Origin: a virus
Virus record (IMG/VR): IMGVR_UViG_3300029267_002792
Length of the DNA stretch: 64,000 nt
Strand: one strand, 5' to 3'
The first letter of the stretch is position 1; each line of letters opens with the position of its first letter. The translations under genes and the position numbers were made by a program. Under the pieces are notes generated by a model. The model ran no database searches. It was given only the letters and a program-made list of their open reading frames with translations, and was not told the origin of the DNA. Shown here in pieces: positions 1 to 9,113 of the stretch.

Positions 1-252
1 TTCTCGAGAGCACCGAAGAATCGCCGATCCTTCTTCCCCGTCACGTATGGGTGGGTGGAATCGTTGACGTACACACTGACTTGCCACCACCCCTTGACCT
101 TGTCCGCCTCGACACCGGTGATGGGCATATGGATGATCGATCGATCCATCTCCCTCATCTGGAGCCCGCGCTCCTGATCGCGCTGAGCGAGCAGCTCCCG
201 AACTCCAGCATCCACCACTTGGTCGTGAACGTCGTCCCCGAGGCCACCCACG

Positions 253-972
253 TCAGGCCTCCGGGTCAGTTGTCGAGGACACGTTCTTGAGGGCGTCCTC
301 ATCGCCCGCCAGCCCGCGCGTGTACCCTTGCTTCTCCTGAGCCGAGAACGAGGTTCCTACCCCCCGGAATGCCTTGGCACGGGTCCCAACCACAGCGGCC
401 GAAGCGACGGCGTAAGCGTGCCTCTGCCCCTTACCGCCGGATTGCATGTTGCCGACGAACATGTGCGAGTTGGCGTTGGTGAAGCCCAAAGCTCCGCCCT
501 CGGCAAAGGCGTCGATGTTCTGGCCCAGGAAGATGAAAGACCAGTCATACGTCTCGGACTGATGCTTCACCCGCTCCGCCACCTGTGCCTTCGAGTACGC
601 GTGCGAGGAGTTTTCCATCCCATCCGTCATGATCACGACCACGACGTTCCCCGGGCGCTTCTCCTCGGGCAGGTTGGCCAATCGAGTGCCAACGTCGTCG
701 ATAGTCTTGCCCACGGCGTCGAGCAGAGCCGTAGCGCCGCGAGGTACAAACGTCGCGTGCGTGAGCGGTTTCATCTTCTCGATTGGCAGAGCCTCGTGCA
801 CGACCTCGTACTCCGTGTCGAACTGCACGTAGGTCAGCAGGCACTTACCGTCCTGCGACTTCTGCTGCTCGGCCAGAAAGGCGTTGAAGCCACCGATCGT
901 GTCATCCTGCACCACCCCCATCGAACCGCTCCGATCAGCGATGACGATGATCTCTGTGAGTGCGTTGTCCAT
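253..972 (-). CDS. von Willebrand factor A (vWA) domain protein, 239 aa
   Basis: MIDAS motifs DRSGSM and RGATALLDA, IMTDGMENSS. Start moved to ATG 972 (GGAGG RBS) because the ORF-track extension runs through CRISPR array 1. Confidence 0.85.
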   Translation of the reverse strand: MDNALTEIIVIADRSGSMGVVQDDTIGGFNAFLAEQQKSQDGKCLLTYVQFDTEYEVVHEALPIEKMKPLTHATFVPRGATALLDAVGKTIDDVGTRLANLPEEKRPGNVVVVIMTDGMENSSHAYSKAQVAERVKHQSETYDWSFIFLGQNIDAFAEGGALGFTNANSHMFVGNMQSGGKGQRHAYAVASAAVVGTRAKAFRGVGTSFSAQEKQGYTRGLAGDEDALKNVSSTTDPEA

Positions 973-1013
973 AGTCAATCCTCCGTCCTGGGAACTGCCA
1001 TCATACCTCAAAC

Positions 1014-1103
1014 CGGTCCATCCCCACGTGTGTGGGGAAACCTTTTCCTGCTGTCCATGCCCTGCAGTATGCGGGGGTCCATCCCCACGCGTGCGGGGAA
1101 ACC
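1014..1103 (-). CRISPR. CRISPR mini-array 1: 2 type I-E-like repeats, 1 spacer (32 nt)
   Basis: 29-bp repeats at 1014-1042 and 1075-1103 (transcribed strand GGTTTCCCCGCACGCGTGGGGATGGACCC); leader and promoter lie to the right. Confidence 0.9.
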
Positions 1104-1227
1104 CCTGTACCGACCTGAGCCAAAAACGGTTTCCAACCACACGCGTGAATTCCTCGTTCGAGACGAGGCAAGAACATCGCGCTTTCGCGCTAATGCCACC
1201 GACTGGAATATCGGCGTTTGATGCATG
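1104..1227 (-). ncRNA. Structured leader / tracrRNA-like scaffold L1
   Basis: H1 CCGAU-AUUCCA-GUCGG (1199-1214), H2 GCGC-GAAA-GCGC, H3 CCUCGU/ACGAGG, anti-repeat 1128-1149. Homologous to L2-L5. Confidence 0.7.
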
Positions 1228-1233
1228 ACTTGA

Positions 1234-1268
1234 AAACTACCAGAAACAGCTCTGAGTGTCAAGAGCAA
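1234..1268 (-). promoter_or_regulatory. sigma70-like phage promoter driving L1/array 1
   Basis: TTGCTCTTGACA-17 bp-TAGTTT (-35 at 1257-1262, -10 at 1234-1239). Confidence 0.8.
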
Positions 1269-1310
1269 TCATCTCAATCCTCCTGAGCGTGCACAACAGC
1301 GGAAAACTCC

Positions 1311-1727
1311 TTAGTACCGGTAGTAATCCGCACTCCGGACTTTAGGCAGCCCACACACGCGCAGGCGCTCCTGATTCCGATCCGTCAAGACGTGACCGGA
1401 ACAGAAACCCCAGAGCAGGTCGAACCTGGCATCGTAGGCTACTACGCGATCGAGACCCGGAACCAGGGCTTTGAAGTGGTCCCACACAAGGCGAAGGGCG
1501 GGGGTGTTGTCCTCAACACTCGGGAACTCGGACGTTCGATAGAACACGAGCCCGAACGCAAACCCGAAGTCACTCTCGACAACGCTGACGGGCACGTGCT
1601 CTGCTTCGACGTGCCTCCATAACTCATCCCACTCCCGCTTGGTGATGGGTCGAGTCACCTCGTCTGCACTCCAAAGCGTTGCGTTCAGGTTCTCAAGCAC
1701 AAGAAAGCTCCTCAGGAATAAAGTCAT
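1311..1727 (-). CDS. hypothetical protein
   Basis: Protein-like composition; start at MTLFLRSF assumed. Confidence 0.45.
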   Translation of the reverse strand: MTLFLRSFLVLENLNATLWSADEVTRPITKREWDELWRHVEAEHVPVSVVESDFGFAFGLVFYRTSEFPSVEDNTPALRLVWDHFKALVPGLDRVVAYDARFDLLWGFCSGHVLTDRNQERLRVCGLPKVRSADYYRY

Positions 1728-2259
1728 GCTTGGTGAACACAACTCGACGTTCAACGCCGGCCTTGGCAAGTGCCTTGTCTGCCCCCTCCAACCGATCAAC
1801 CAGGGCAACGACAGCGACCGGGTCGAGCTTCGCAGCTCTGATCGCCTCAACGGCTCGCACAGCGCTTCCACCAGTCGTGAGCACGTCCTCCACGAGCACG
1901 ACCATGGTTCCCCCTGGAGCCGCGTGCTCCACCTTCTGCAGGGTCCCATGGTCCTTAGATGCCTTCCGCACGATCACCAAATCGGACAGGGCGTGGCCGA
2001 GGAGGCCTGAGTAGAGACACAGAGCAGAAGCGAGCGGGATTCCCCCCACCCCTTCCCCTGCAATGGCCTGAGCGTTGAATTCCTTGACGAGCATCTGCAG
2101 AGCTTGCACGGCTCGCCACAAGCCGTCGCGCTTCAGGAACGTCTGCTTGCAGTCAATGTAGAAGTCGCTGGTCTTGCCGGACGCTAGCGTGAACGTGCCT
2201 CGCTTGTATGAATACGTCTTGAGCAGGTGCAACAGCTGTTGATGTTCTTTCATGTCCAT
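1693..2259 (-). CDS. pyrE: orotate phosphoribosyltransferase
   Basis: FTLASGKTSDFYIDCK, VRKASKDHGT, PRPP-binding motif VVLVEDVLTTGGS. Confidence 0.95.
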   Translation of the reverse strand: MDMKEHQQLLHLLKTYSYKRGTFTLASGKTSDFYIDCKQTFLKRDGLWRAVQALQMLVKEFNAQAIAGEGVGGIPLASALCLYSGLLGHALSDLVIVRKASKDHGTLQKVEHAAPGGTMVVLVEDVLTTGGSAVRAVEAIRAAKLDPVAVVALVDRLEGADKALAKAGVERRVVFTKHDFIPEELSCA

Positions 2260-2260
2260 G

Positions 2261-2866
2261 TCACCTCGGCCACTCAACCTTGCGCAGCGCTGCGAAAGAA
2301 TACCATTTCCCATTCACACGCGCTGTTGCGGACCCCAAATCCACCGACTCTACGACCCCTTCCCATCGAAACACGTCACCGTTGTCAGGGCTGCTTACCC
2401 GGACAACGTCTCCAGCTCGGTACACAACGCGAGCGCTGAACCACTCAACAGCCTCTTCCGGCGTCTGGACGAAAGCGTCCGCCCAGAGATGAACAGGACT
2501 CCGTTCTCCGGCTCGGGGGTGCCCTAGCACGATGGAGAGCTTCCCGCGACCGACGGCGTAGGCCCAATCCGCTGTAGCGTCGATCCCGCACGGGAGGAGC
2601 AGAATGACGCCCGTGCACCGATCGAGAGCTTTCCGGTTCTCCTCAACTGCGCGCCGCCACTCCGGCTGATCGAGGTAGCTGGAGTACACGTGCGACTCCG
2701 GATCGAACTGCTCTGGGAACTTCTCGGGAGGGATCTCCGGAGAGGTGCGACAGTTCGGGTCGGTGAAGTCGTATGCCTTGAACTCGGCCGATCGCAACAG
2801 GTCGGCCAGCTCCCGGACCTTGACCCGGTTCTTCCATGAGGATGAGATGTAGATCAGGGGTTTCAC
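2261..2866 (-). CDS. nucleoside 2-deoxyribosyltransferase-like protein with C-terminal SH3/KOW-like domain
   Basis: IYISSSWKN N-terminus and LDRCTGVILLLPCG..DWAYAVGRGK pattern typical of phage NDT-like proteins; GTG start with GGAGG RBS. Confidence 0.55.
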   Translation of the reverse strand: MKPLIYISSSWKNRVKVRELADLLRSAEFKAYDFTDPNCRTSPEIPPEKFPEQFDPESHVYSSYLDQPEWRRAVEENRKALDRCTGVILLLPCGIDATADWAYAVGRGKLSIVLGHPRAGERSPVHLWADAFVQTPEEAVEWFSARVVYRAGDVVRVSSPDNGDVFRWEGVVESVDLGSATARVNGKWYSFAALRKVEWPR

Positions 2867-3168
2867 AAGTTTTCCTCCCTTTTCGTCCTCAGCATCTCCG
2901 GAGGCAACACACACCGCATCGTCTCTGCCCGGAACCAATCCGTCCAACACTTGAAGCTCTCCCAGTAGTCGCGGTCCCTCTCGTTCGCGAAGTACGTACC
3001 GTCCTTCGCTACGAGAAGTTCGATCGTCAAGGGAGGTGGGCTACCATCCAGCGTGCGAACGCGCCCGCAGTGCTCGCAATGGAACACCTTCGGGTTCTCT
3101 TCCTGCTGTAAGGCAGAGTAACCACACGGACAGGCCAAAATGCGACAGATGCCTTTTCGCACCGTCAT
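2863..3168 (-). CDS. Zn-ribbon hypothetical protein
   Basis: CPCG and CEHCG pairs; coupled to neighbours. Confidence 0.5.
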   Translation of the reverse strand: MTVRKGICRILACPCGYSALQQEENPKVFHCEHCGRVRTLDGSPPPLTIELLVAKDGTYFANERDRDYWESFKCWTDWFRAETMRCVLPPEMLRTKREENL

Positions 3169-3285
3169 TTGAAACACCCTCCCCGACACGTGAGCCGCCC
3201 GCATAGCGGGCAGTGTCCCTCACTGTCGTCGTAGACCGTGAACCAGCGCCCGTCCGGGTCAACATAGACAGTCTCGCCGTCGCGA

Positions 3286-3480
3286 TCATCCTCCACGGCG
3301 CCGCACTCCCTGAGCCTTCAGCTTACGAACGAGATCGGGGTGAACATTGTGCTCCTCACCCCGTTCGACCATGTCCCGCGCAATCTTCTCGATGCACGAG
3401 GGGCAAGCGAGGATACCCTGGTAGACGTCCTCGGTGTAGTCGTCCGGAAGACGACCACTGCAGAACGAGCAGCGTTTCAT
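3286..3480 (-). CDS. small C4 Zn-finger protein
   Basis: CSFC...CPSC; GGAGG RBS. Confidence 0.5.
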   Translation of the reverse strand: MKRCSFCSGRLPDDYTEDVYQGILACPSCIEKIARDMVERGEEHNVHPDLVRKLKAQGVRRRGG

Positions 3481-3482
3481 CC

Positions 3483-4271
3483 TCACGCCTCCGAGTCGTG
3501 CTGGTAGTCTTCGCAGCCGAGAGCGATCTCCGAGCAAAGGTCATCAATGACCTTGAGAGGGTCCTTCGCCGTTCGGATAGGACGCCCCACCACCAGATAC
3601 GTTGCCCCGTCAGCAATCGCCCGCCGAGGCGTGCTGACCCGCTTCTGGTCGTCCTCCGCGCCCCTAGGTGGCCGGATACCTGGGGTGATGATGCAGACGT
3701 CCTCCAGCATGCAGTCGATCAGGGCCACTTCCCGAGGTGAACAAACGAAGTGAGTAACCCCAGCCTCCGTTGCCTCGACAACGAAACGCTCAACAACATT
3801 AGCAGCCGAACCTGAGGCGAAGATCCGCGCAGCGTGACGCTCTCCCGCGTTTCCGGGGTGGTACCAAACCCCACGGCCCTGGAAGATACGAGCCGCATCG
3901 ACGTCGTCCAAGCTCGTAAGGACGGTCACGGCCACGATCTTGGTCTCTGAGCCCTCGGTGGCTCGCACGCACCTCTCGAGAGCCTCCCGGCCCGCGGACG
4001 CGTGCACGGTCAGGAGTTTTACTCCCATATCCACCGCGGCCTTGGTCGCACCCTCCATCGTGTTTGGAATGTCGTTCAGCTTCAGGTCGAGCATGACGGG
4101 AGTAAGGGAGTAATGGTTCGCGTGCTGCACTACGTTGCTCCCCTCCCGCACGAACAGCTCTAACCCTAACTTCGCCATCCCGATCTTTCCGTACAGCTTC
4201 GCCATCCATCCCACGGCCCCGGAAAGGTCCATACCGTCTAGGGGGAAGATGATCCGATCTTTTGGTTTCAT
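3483..4271 (-). CDS. pyrF: orotidine-5'-phosphate decarboxylase
   Basis: KLGLELF, catalytic DLKLNDIPNT, LTVHASAG, TPGIRP, DDQKRVSTP, YLVVGRPI. Confidence 0.95.
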   Translation of the reverse strand: MKPKDRIIFPLDGMDLSGAVGWMAKLYGKIGMAKLGLELFVREGSNVVQHANHYSLTPVMLDLKLNDIPNTMEGATKAAVDMGVKLLTVHASAGREALERCVRATEGSETKIVAVTVLTSLDDVDAARIFQGRGVWYHPGNAGERHAARIFASGSAANVVERFVVEATEAGVTHFVCSPREVALIDCMLEDVCIITPGIRPPRGAEDDQKRVSTPRRAIADGATYLVVGRPIRTAKDPLKVIDDLCSEIALGCEDYQHDSEA

Positions 4272-4627
4272 GGCTCCAACCTCGCACCGCACCAAGGACA
4301 AAACAAAACAGCCTCTCGAAAATGACTACCACGGTTGTACAGATCCAATGCCCACCCGTCCACGTTCGGTCCTTTGATGTGTCCCCGCTGTCTCCACCGT
4401 ATATACAGCTCAGACTCTTTGCAGCACTGGGGCCACTCTCCCGGTTCGTGCCCTGGGACAAGAAGATCTAACCCGGCGTGCTTACGAAGGGCGGTGATCT
4501 CAGCAGGTGTGTAAACTTTACCCACTTTCCCGCTCAGTACGCTCCTCTCGCGCCTACCACGTTCGATCCGCTTGAGAGCCTCTTCTTTGGAAACGGGTTC
4601 GTAGTAGTTATCTCCGTGACCTGCCAT
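4268..4627 (-). CDS. hypothetical protein with C-terminal CPWCG
   Basis: Start at MAGHGD assumed; common phage Zn-ribbon ending. Confidence 0.5.
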   Translation of the reverse strand: MAGHGDNYYEPVSKEEALKRIERGRRERSVLSGKVGKVYTPAEITALRKHAGLDLLVPGHEPGEWPQCCKESELYIRWRQRGHIKGPNVDGWALDLYNRGSHFREAVLFCPWCGARLEP

Positions 4628-4754
4628 GCAGTTACCACCACCACTAAGACTGCAAGTAATGCATGGGCCTGAGCAACACGTGAAAAGGAGCATGGACCCG
4701 TCGTACCACATAGCCGCAGCGTGGTCAATAGCAAACAGATAGGAGGGAGCTTTT

Positions 4755-5618
4755 TCAGCGGTCGCGGCAGATACTGAAATCGTTGCAGTAGCTACCCATC
4801 TCGCACCAAGTCCCGTCACAGCATGCTTCGTCCACGATTCCACACACGCAAATCCCTGAACCACACGAAAAATTCAAGTCGCACCGATCGCCATCGCAGC
4901 ATGCCTCACCATCGCCCCCGCAAAGCTCGCAGGTGTCGGTCAGGCACACGAGGTCGTCGGAGTTGCATCGAGGTGACCCGAGGCAGCACTGCTCACCATC
5001 CTCGCCGCATGGGTCGCACCGCCCACGATCGCAAATGCTCCCGGAGTCACACGCGTTGACCACACAACACCGCTCTCCGTCGCCTCCGCAAGGCTCACAG
5101 GTGCCATTCCAGCAGACGCCGTCAGGGCAGCTCTGCTCGTGGAGATGGTCGTGCACACACCCCGCTCCGCTTGGGCAGGAGTCGATCGTGCAAGGGTTGA
5201 GATCGTCGCAGTCCTCACAGGATTCGCCACCGATGCCGCATCGGACAAGCTCTCCGCCTGGCCAGCAGGTCGAACCGTCCCAGCAGCCCCTGCAAAGCTC
5301 GCCTCCGTAGCACGCGCCGCCACCGTACTGGAACCCGTCGTCCCGGTTGGGGAAGGCACAGACGCCATCCTCGCATTGGTCGCGGGTGCACGGGTTTCCG
5401 TCGTCACACACCTCAGGACAGGTGTCGTCACCGTCGGCATCGCCATCCCCGTCGGCATCGCCATCCCCGTCGGCATCCCCGTCAATGTCACCATCGCCAT
5501 CCGTACTGACCTCAGCGTCCGACCCCGCATCAATCACATTGTGGACCTCCGGATCAGCCTCTCCTTGGCAAGCAACTAGCAAAAGGCCGGTTACCATCAA
5601 AACGACTCGCATGTGCAT
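4755..5618 (-). CDS. Cys-rich lipoprotein with DGDAD linker and myxobacterial-type Cys repeats
   Basis: Lipobox LLVAC, DGDGDIDGDADGDGDAD run, CDDGNPCTRDQC and CDDLNPCTIDSC repeats, repeated CGGDGExCC units. Confidence 0.8.
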   Translation of the reverse strand: MHMRVVLMVTGLLLVACQGEADPEVHNVIDAGSDAEVSTDGDGDIDGDADGDGDADGDGDADGDDTCPEVCDDGNPCTRDQCEDGVCAFPNRDDGFQYGGGACYGGELCRGCWDGSTCWPGGELVRCGIGGESCEDCDDLNPCTIDSCPSGAGCVHDHLHEQSCPDGVCWNGTCEPCGGDGERCCVVNACDSGSICDRGRCDPCGEDGEQCCLGSPRCNSDDLVCLTDTCELCGGDGEACCDGDRCDLNFSCGSGICVCGIVDEACCDGTWCEMGSYCNDFSICRDR

Positions 5619-5635
5619 GACGACTCCTGTTCTTC

Positions 5636-5903
5636 AAATCAAAGGACCCGGCTGCATACCAGCAACCGGGTCCTGTCCAATCTCAATCGTACTTCGGCGG
5701 GAGTACTTAGCGCCGGCCGAGGTCCCATAAACCTCCGGCGCGAGCGCCCGCTCCAGCTCAACCCGAGGCGGCGCACGCGGACGGCGCCATCGGAAGGTCA
5801 CTACGCTACACCCATTCGGGGGAAATGAGTTGCGGAGGACCAAGGAGTGCAGTCGCATCATAACTCGCGCCAACGCTCCCTGAATTAGAACCCCCATCAA
5901 CAT
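5636..5903 (-). ncRNA. candidate structured ncRNA (about 270 nt)
   Basis: Lies between promoter 5910-5937 and a 13-bp hairpin (5643-5674) followed by a T-rich tract; several hairpins; the overlapping ORF is not protein-like. Confidence 0.35.
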
Positions 5904-6280
5904 GATCCAACCATACCAGAACCAGGAGGGGAGTCAAGGGCAAACTTCCGGATTGCTTCTTCCTCCAGCTCTCGCCGGTACTCCTCGACGATCTCCGTGA
6001 TCTCCTCATCCGGAAGGTTCACACACGTGGAGCACATGAAGTTCGGATTGCCCCCACACCTCTCCGGGCACACGAACTCGTCTCGTTTATCCTCCACGAG
6101 CCGCTCTATGCGGTCCTCAGCGGCCTTCCAAGCCTGGCGCCTCTCATACACCTCGAGAACGGTAGGGGCTGTCAGAGCCTGTTTACGGGCTACAGCGCGC
6201 TCCTCGCACAGGCGGGAACAGAACCGTCGCCCTGGTTCGTGCACGAACGCACCGCAGAATAGGCAATGGAATGGTCTCAT
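5897..6280 (-). CDS. Cys-rich hypothetical protein
   Basis: CLFC, CSRLC, CPERC, CSTC motifs. Confidence 0.55.
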   Translation of the reverse strand: MRPFHCLFCGAFVHEPGRRFCSRLCEERAVARKQALTAPTVLEVYERRQAWKAAEDRIERLVEDKRDEFVCPERCGGNPNFMCSTCVNLPDEEITEIVEEYRRELEEEAIRKFALDSPPGSGMVGSC

Positions 6281-6283
6281 GGC

Positions 6284-6880
6284 TCAGCAGATTGAGAAGT
6301 CGGGGTCGGCGACGGGCCAGTTGCCCTGGACCTGACCACATTCCAGGCAGACACTCAATTCCACGTAGTCGCCCCCGCCGAGGTTCGGAATGCCGGGAAA
6401 GTACCCCTCACCCTCATCGCTGCGAAAACGCGTGCAATTCAGATCTGACGACTTCGAGGTAGTCTCGAAGATCCGATCGCTGCCACACCGCTGACACTCT
6501 GCCATCAGCCGCTCCTTTCCGAGACAAGCTTCCTTGCGACCTCCAACCAGACGTCTACGGGAATGCGTGTAATGTCCGGCCCCGGCAAGTCCGGCTGGTA
6601 GACACGCACCTCTGGCCCGCTAATCCCGTCGTCGTAGAGATCAAACACGACGTCCCCAAATAGGTTAGGGATGGTCTTCAAACGGCGCTCTTCAGGCATC
6701 TCGGTTCCTCTTGTAGGCGTACTCGATCAGCTCGGCAGCGGTCAGGTCGTGCACGCGGGCGAGTTGCAACGCTTCCTCCCGCATCGGCTTGCTCATCGAG
6801 CAGAGCGGATGCGTAAGAACCGCCAGCACTCTATTGAGAGCGTGCCTGCGATCGCCATCACGCGACGTCATAGTCCCCAC
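6284..6880 (-). other. three small coupled hypothetical CDS (6284-6505, 6505-6699, 6692-6880)
   Basis: Head-to-tail overlapping ORFs with RBSs; the first has CQRC/CLEC. Confidence 0.55.
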
Positions 6881-7226
6881 CCTCCCACGGTCCCCAGTGT
6901 TTGGTCTGTACCATCTGGACTATCACCTGCTCGGGGGTGTACCGCCGGCAATCTTCGGGAACCACTTCGCCCATGTGGTAGTACAGATCGCGGTGGAGAA
7001 CGACGAACTGGTCGTTCGATAAGTCGACAACCACTACGACGGGTCCGTCATCGATCTCGACCCACGCATGGTCGATGCGCCGGCCTTCCAGCTTCCCCGG
7101 AACCGTCAACTCCCCGTGAACGAGAGTATAACCGTGCGCCTGGTTCACCAGTGCGGCCTCGAAAACGTAGCGGCCATTCGCCACGTAACAATCGCCTGTA
7201 GCCTCAGTTCGATTTCCGCTACCCAT
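6858..7226 (-). CDS. hypothetical protein with putative Cys-His-Asp (papain/transglutaminase-like) triad
   Basis: GDCY, HAWVE and DLS in the expected order; immediately downstream of promoter 7233-7261. Confidence 0.5.
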   Translation of the reverse strand: MGSGNRTEATGDCYVANGRYVFEAALVNQAHGYTLVHGELTVPGKLEGRRIDHAWVEIDDGPVVVVVDLSNDQFVVLHRDLYYHMGEVVPEDCRRYTPEQVIVQMVQTKHWGPWEGGDYDVA

Positions 7227-7284
7227 GACACCACCCTACCGTAGTGGGCGGCGAATGTCAAGAGCAAACGCTAGAAAAGATCGG

Positions 7285-7858
7285 TCAGCGGTTGAGAGTG
7301 CTGCTCAGGGTATTGAGGAGGTGGGTACGCTCCCGTGCAAGCTCCCGAGAGTCGGCAGCAGAGGCCCTCGCGGCTTCGATCTGCGTGAGGCGTGTGAGGG
7401 TGAACTCGATTGCCTCGGCGTGGTTCGCGGGCGGTCGGGGAGGGCGTACTTCCAGGGGAGCGATCATCTGACCTTCTCCGAAGTACGGGCAGGCAGTGTC
7501 ATCATGTCCAGACTCTCCGCACAGTTCACACATCAGCACGCTCCCAGTTAGCTACAGGTGGACACACGTCAGGCACGTCGATGATCCGAGAAATCATCTT
7601 CGCAACCCCGTGCGCGGAGCTGCGATCTTCGTTCGTGCGCTGCATTTTGAAACTCCCGCGGGGCTTCTTCAGGTGCTCGACGACCTCGAACTGGAACTCC
7701 CCGATCACGGACGTGAGCACAGTACCCACGGGTGGGACGATTTTCTCGCCCGAAGCAACGGCCGAGTTTGCCTGGGCGACCAAAACCGTCTTCAGGTAGG
7801 TCTTACCCTCGAACGTGGCGTACGGGCTCCCCATCAATCGCCCGGCCTGCGAACCCAC
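7285..7858 (-). other. two small hypothetical CDS (7285-7539, 7526-about 7834)
   Basis: Coupled ORFs downstream of the amidase. Confidence 0.45.
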
Positions 7859-8631
7859 AGACCGTGGGGAACCCCACCCTCTCGCAGCTCGGTCACTGTC
7901 CGCGGTCCGGGAATGCCGTCGTCCAGCAGCCCTAGCGCGATCTGACGCTGCTTCCAGGCACTCTTGTCCTCGCCCCCTGCAAATGAAAAGTCGTACGCCT
8001 CGTACCCGGCATCCATCAGCATGAGCATGATCCGGTTTCCCGGGTCCCCCTCCCCGCGGTTGGTCGACACGTCCCGGTGACCGAAAACTCCCACCATGTC
8101 CAAGCCCCGACGTAGCCCGCGCTTCAGAGCGCGGTTCTCGTACGGATAGTGGAGCTGCCGCTGAATCGAGAACGTCTTGGTGAGGAAGTCAACGAGCTTC
8201 ACCACGGCTTCGAGCTGACCCTCGTACAGATCAGCGTCCGAACCCTGGTAGATCTCAATTCCGATCGTGACGGCGTTGACATTGCCAGCGTGGAATGGCA
8301 TGTGCCGGTGCACGTCGGCAAGACAGGTCATTGAAGCATCGTGGTCGACGACGATGTGCGCACCGGCCTTGCGATCGTCCATCGACCACATCCGGGCCAT
8401 GCGCTCGTCGCGGCCAGTGTCCGGCCCGAGGCCTCGGCGGATTCTCTGAGGGCGGCGATCCCTGCCGCCTGGAATCCCCTTCGTTGTATGCAGGATGATT
8501 CCTCGCACCCACGTGTTCGGGCGCATCCGATAGTCCCCACTAGACAGTTTGAAGCGCTTGTCGTCGTTCCAGTTGCGGATGTCGAGGTCAGGAACCTCGA
8601 TCTGTGCTCCGTCTATGACCAGTCCTGCCAT
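7834..8631 (-). CDS. N-acetylmuramoyl-L-alanine amidase (Amidase_2) endolysin with C-terminal PG-binding segment
   Basis: IILHTT, AHIVVD, FHAG..N..TIGIE, GHRD Zn motifs; DGIPGPRT PG-binding motif. Confidence 0.85.
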   Translation of the reverse strand: MAGLVIDGAQIEVPDLDIRNWNDDKRFKLSSGDYRMRPNTWVRGIILHTTKGIPGGRDRRPQRIRRGLGPDTGRDERMARMWSMDDRKAGAHIVVDHDASMTCLADVHRHMPFHAGNVNAVTIGIEIYQGSDADLYEGQLEAVVKLVDFLTKTFSIQRQLHYPYENRALKRGLRRGLDMVGVFGHRDVSTNRGEGDPGNRIMLMLMDAGYEAYDFSFAGGEDKSAWKQRQIALGLLDDGIPGPRTVTELREGGVPHGLWVRRPGD

Positions 8632-8645
8632 GAATACCCCCTGCC

Positions 8646-8681
8646 CAAAAAGATTGCGCCCCGCCCCCGAAAGGGCGGGGC
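8646..8681 (-). terminator. intrinsic terminator after tmRNA
   Basis: 9-bp GC hairpin at 8658-8681 followed by AATCTTTTT on the minus strand. Confidence 0.6.
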
Positions 8682-8701
8682 CATGGTGCTGCCAACACCA
8701 G

Positions 8702-9113
8702 TGGAGCTGGCGAGAGTCGAACTCGCGTCCGCGCACCTTCAGTCTGTGGGCTCTCCGTGCTCAGCCGAGCCTTGGCGGTTTAGTCCGCCACTTCACCTCG
8801 TCCTGGGCAGGCTCGGACTTGGACGAGGCTAGACCTTGCGTCATATCTCGTTTGCGAGGGGCTGACGCCGTGGTCATCAGCAAAGCGCCCCCGACGCTCT
8901 TCGGCACGTCGTTCCGCAAACCAACCCGCTGAAATGGCGCCCTGACCCCAAGCCGCAGGTGTGCTCAGGCAGGACGGGAGGTCACGCCGCCAGGCGCTCC
9001 TCCGAGTAGTTGTCAGAGTTGGCAACTGTTTTTTGACCACATTTTTACGGGTGATGATCATCCCCGGCACGCTCCCTCACACGTCTGAGTACCCGTCGAA
9101 ACCTGTCAGCCCC
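8702..9113 (-). ncRNA. ssrA: tmRNA (412 nt), tag (A)ANSDNYSEERLAA
   Basis: 5' GGGGCTGACAGGTTTCGACGGG; 3' T-arm GCGAGTTCGACTCTCGC and CAGCTCCA acceptor with the G3:U70 Ala determinant; tag ORF 9023-8982 ending LAA-stop; own promoter at 9124-9153; CCA not encoded. Confidence 0.95.

Noticed and set aside
5440-5515. CGGCATCGCCATCCCCGT tandem repeats
   Set aside because: They encode the DGDAD linker of the lipoprotein; not an array.
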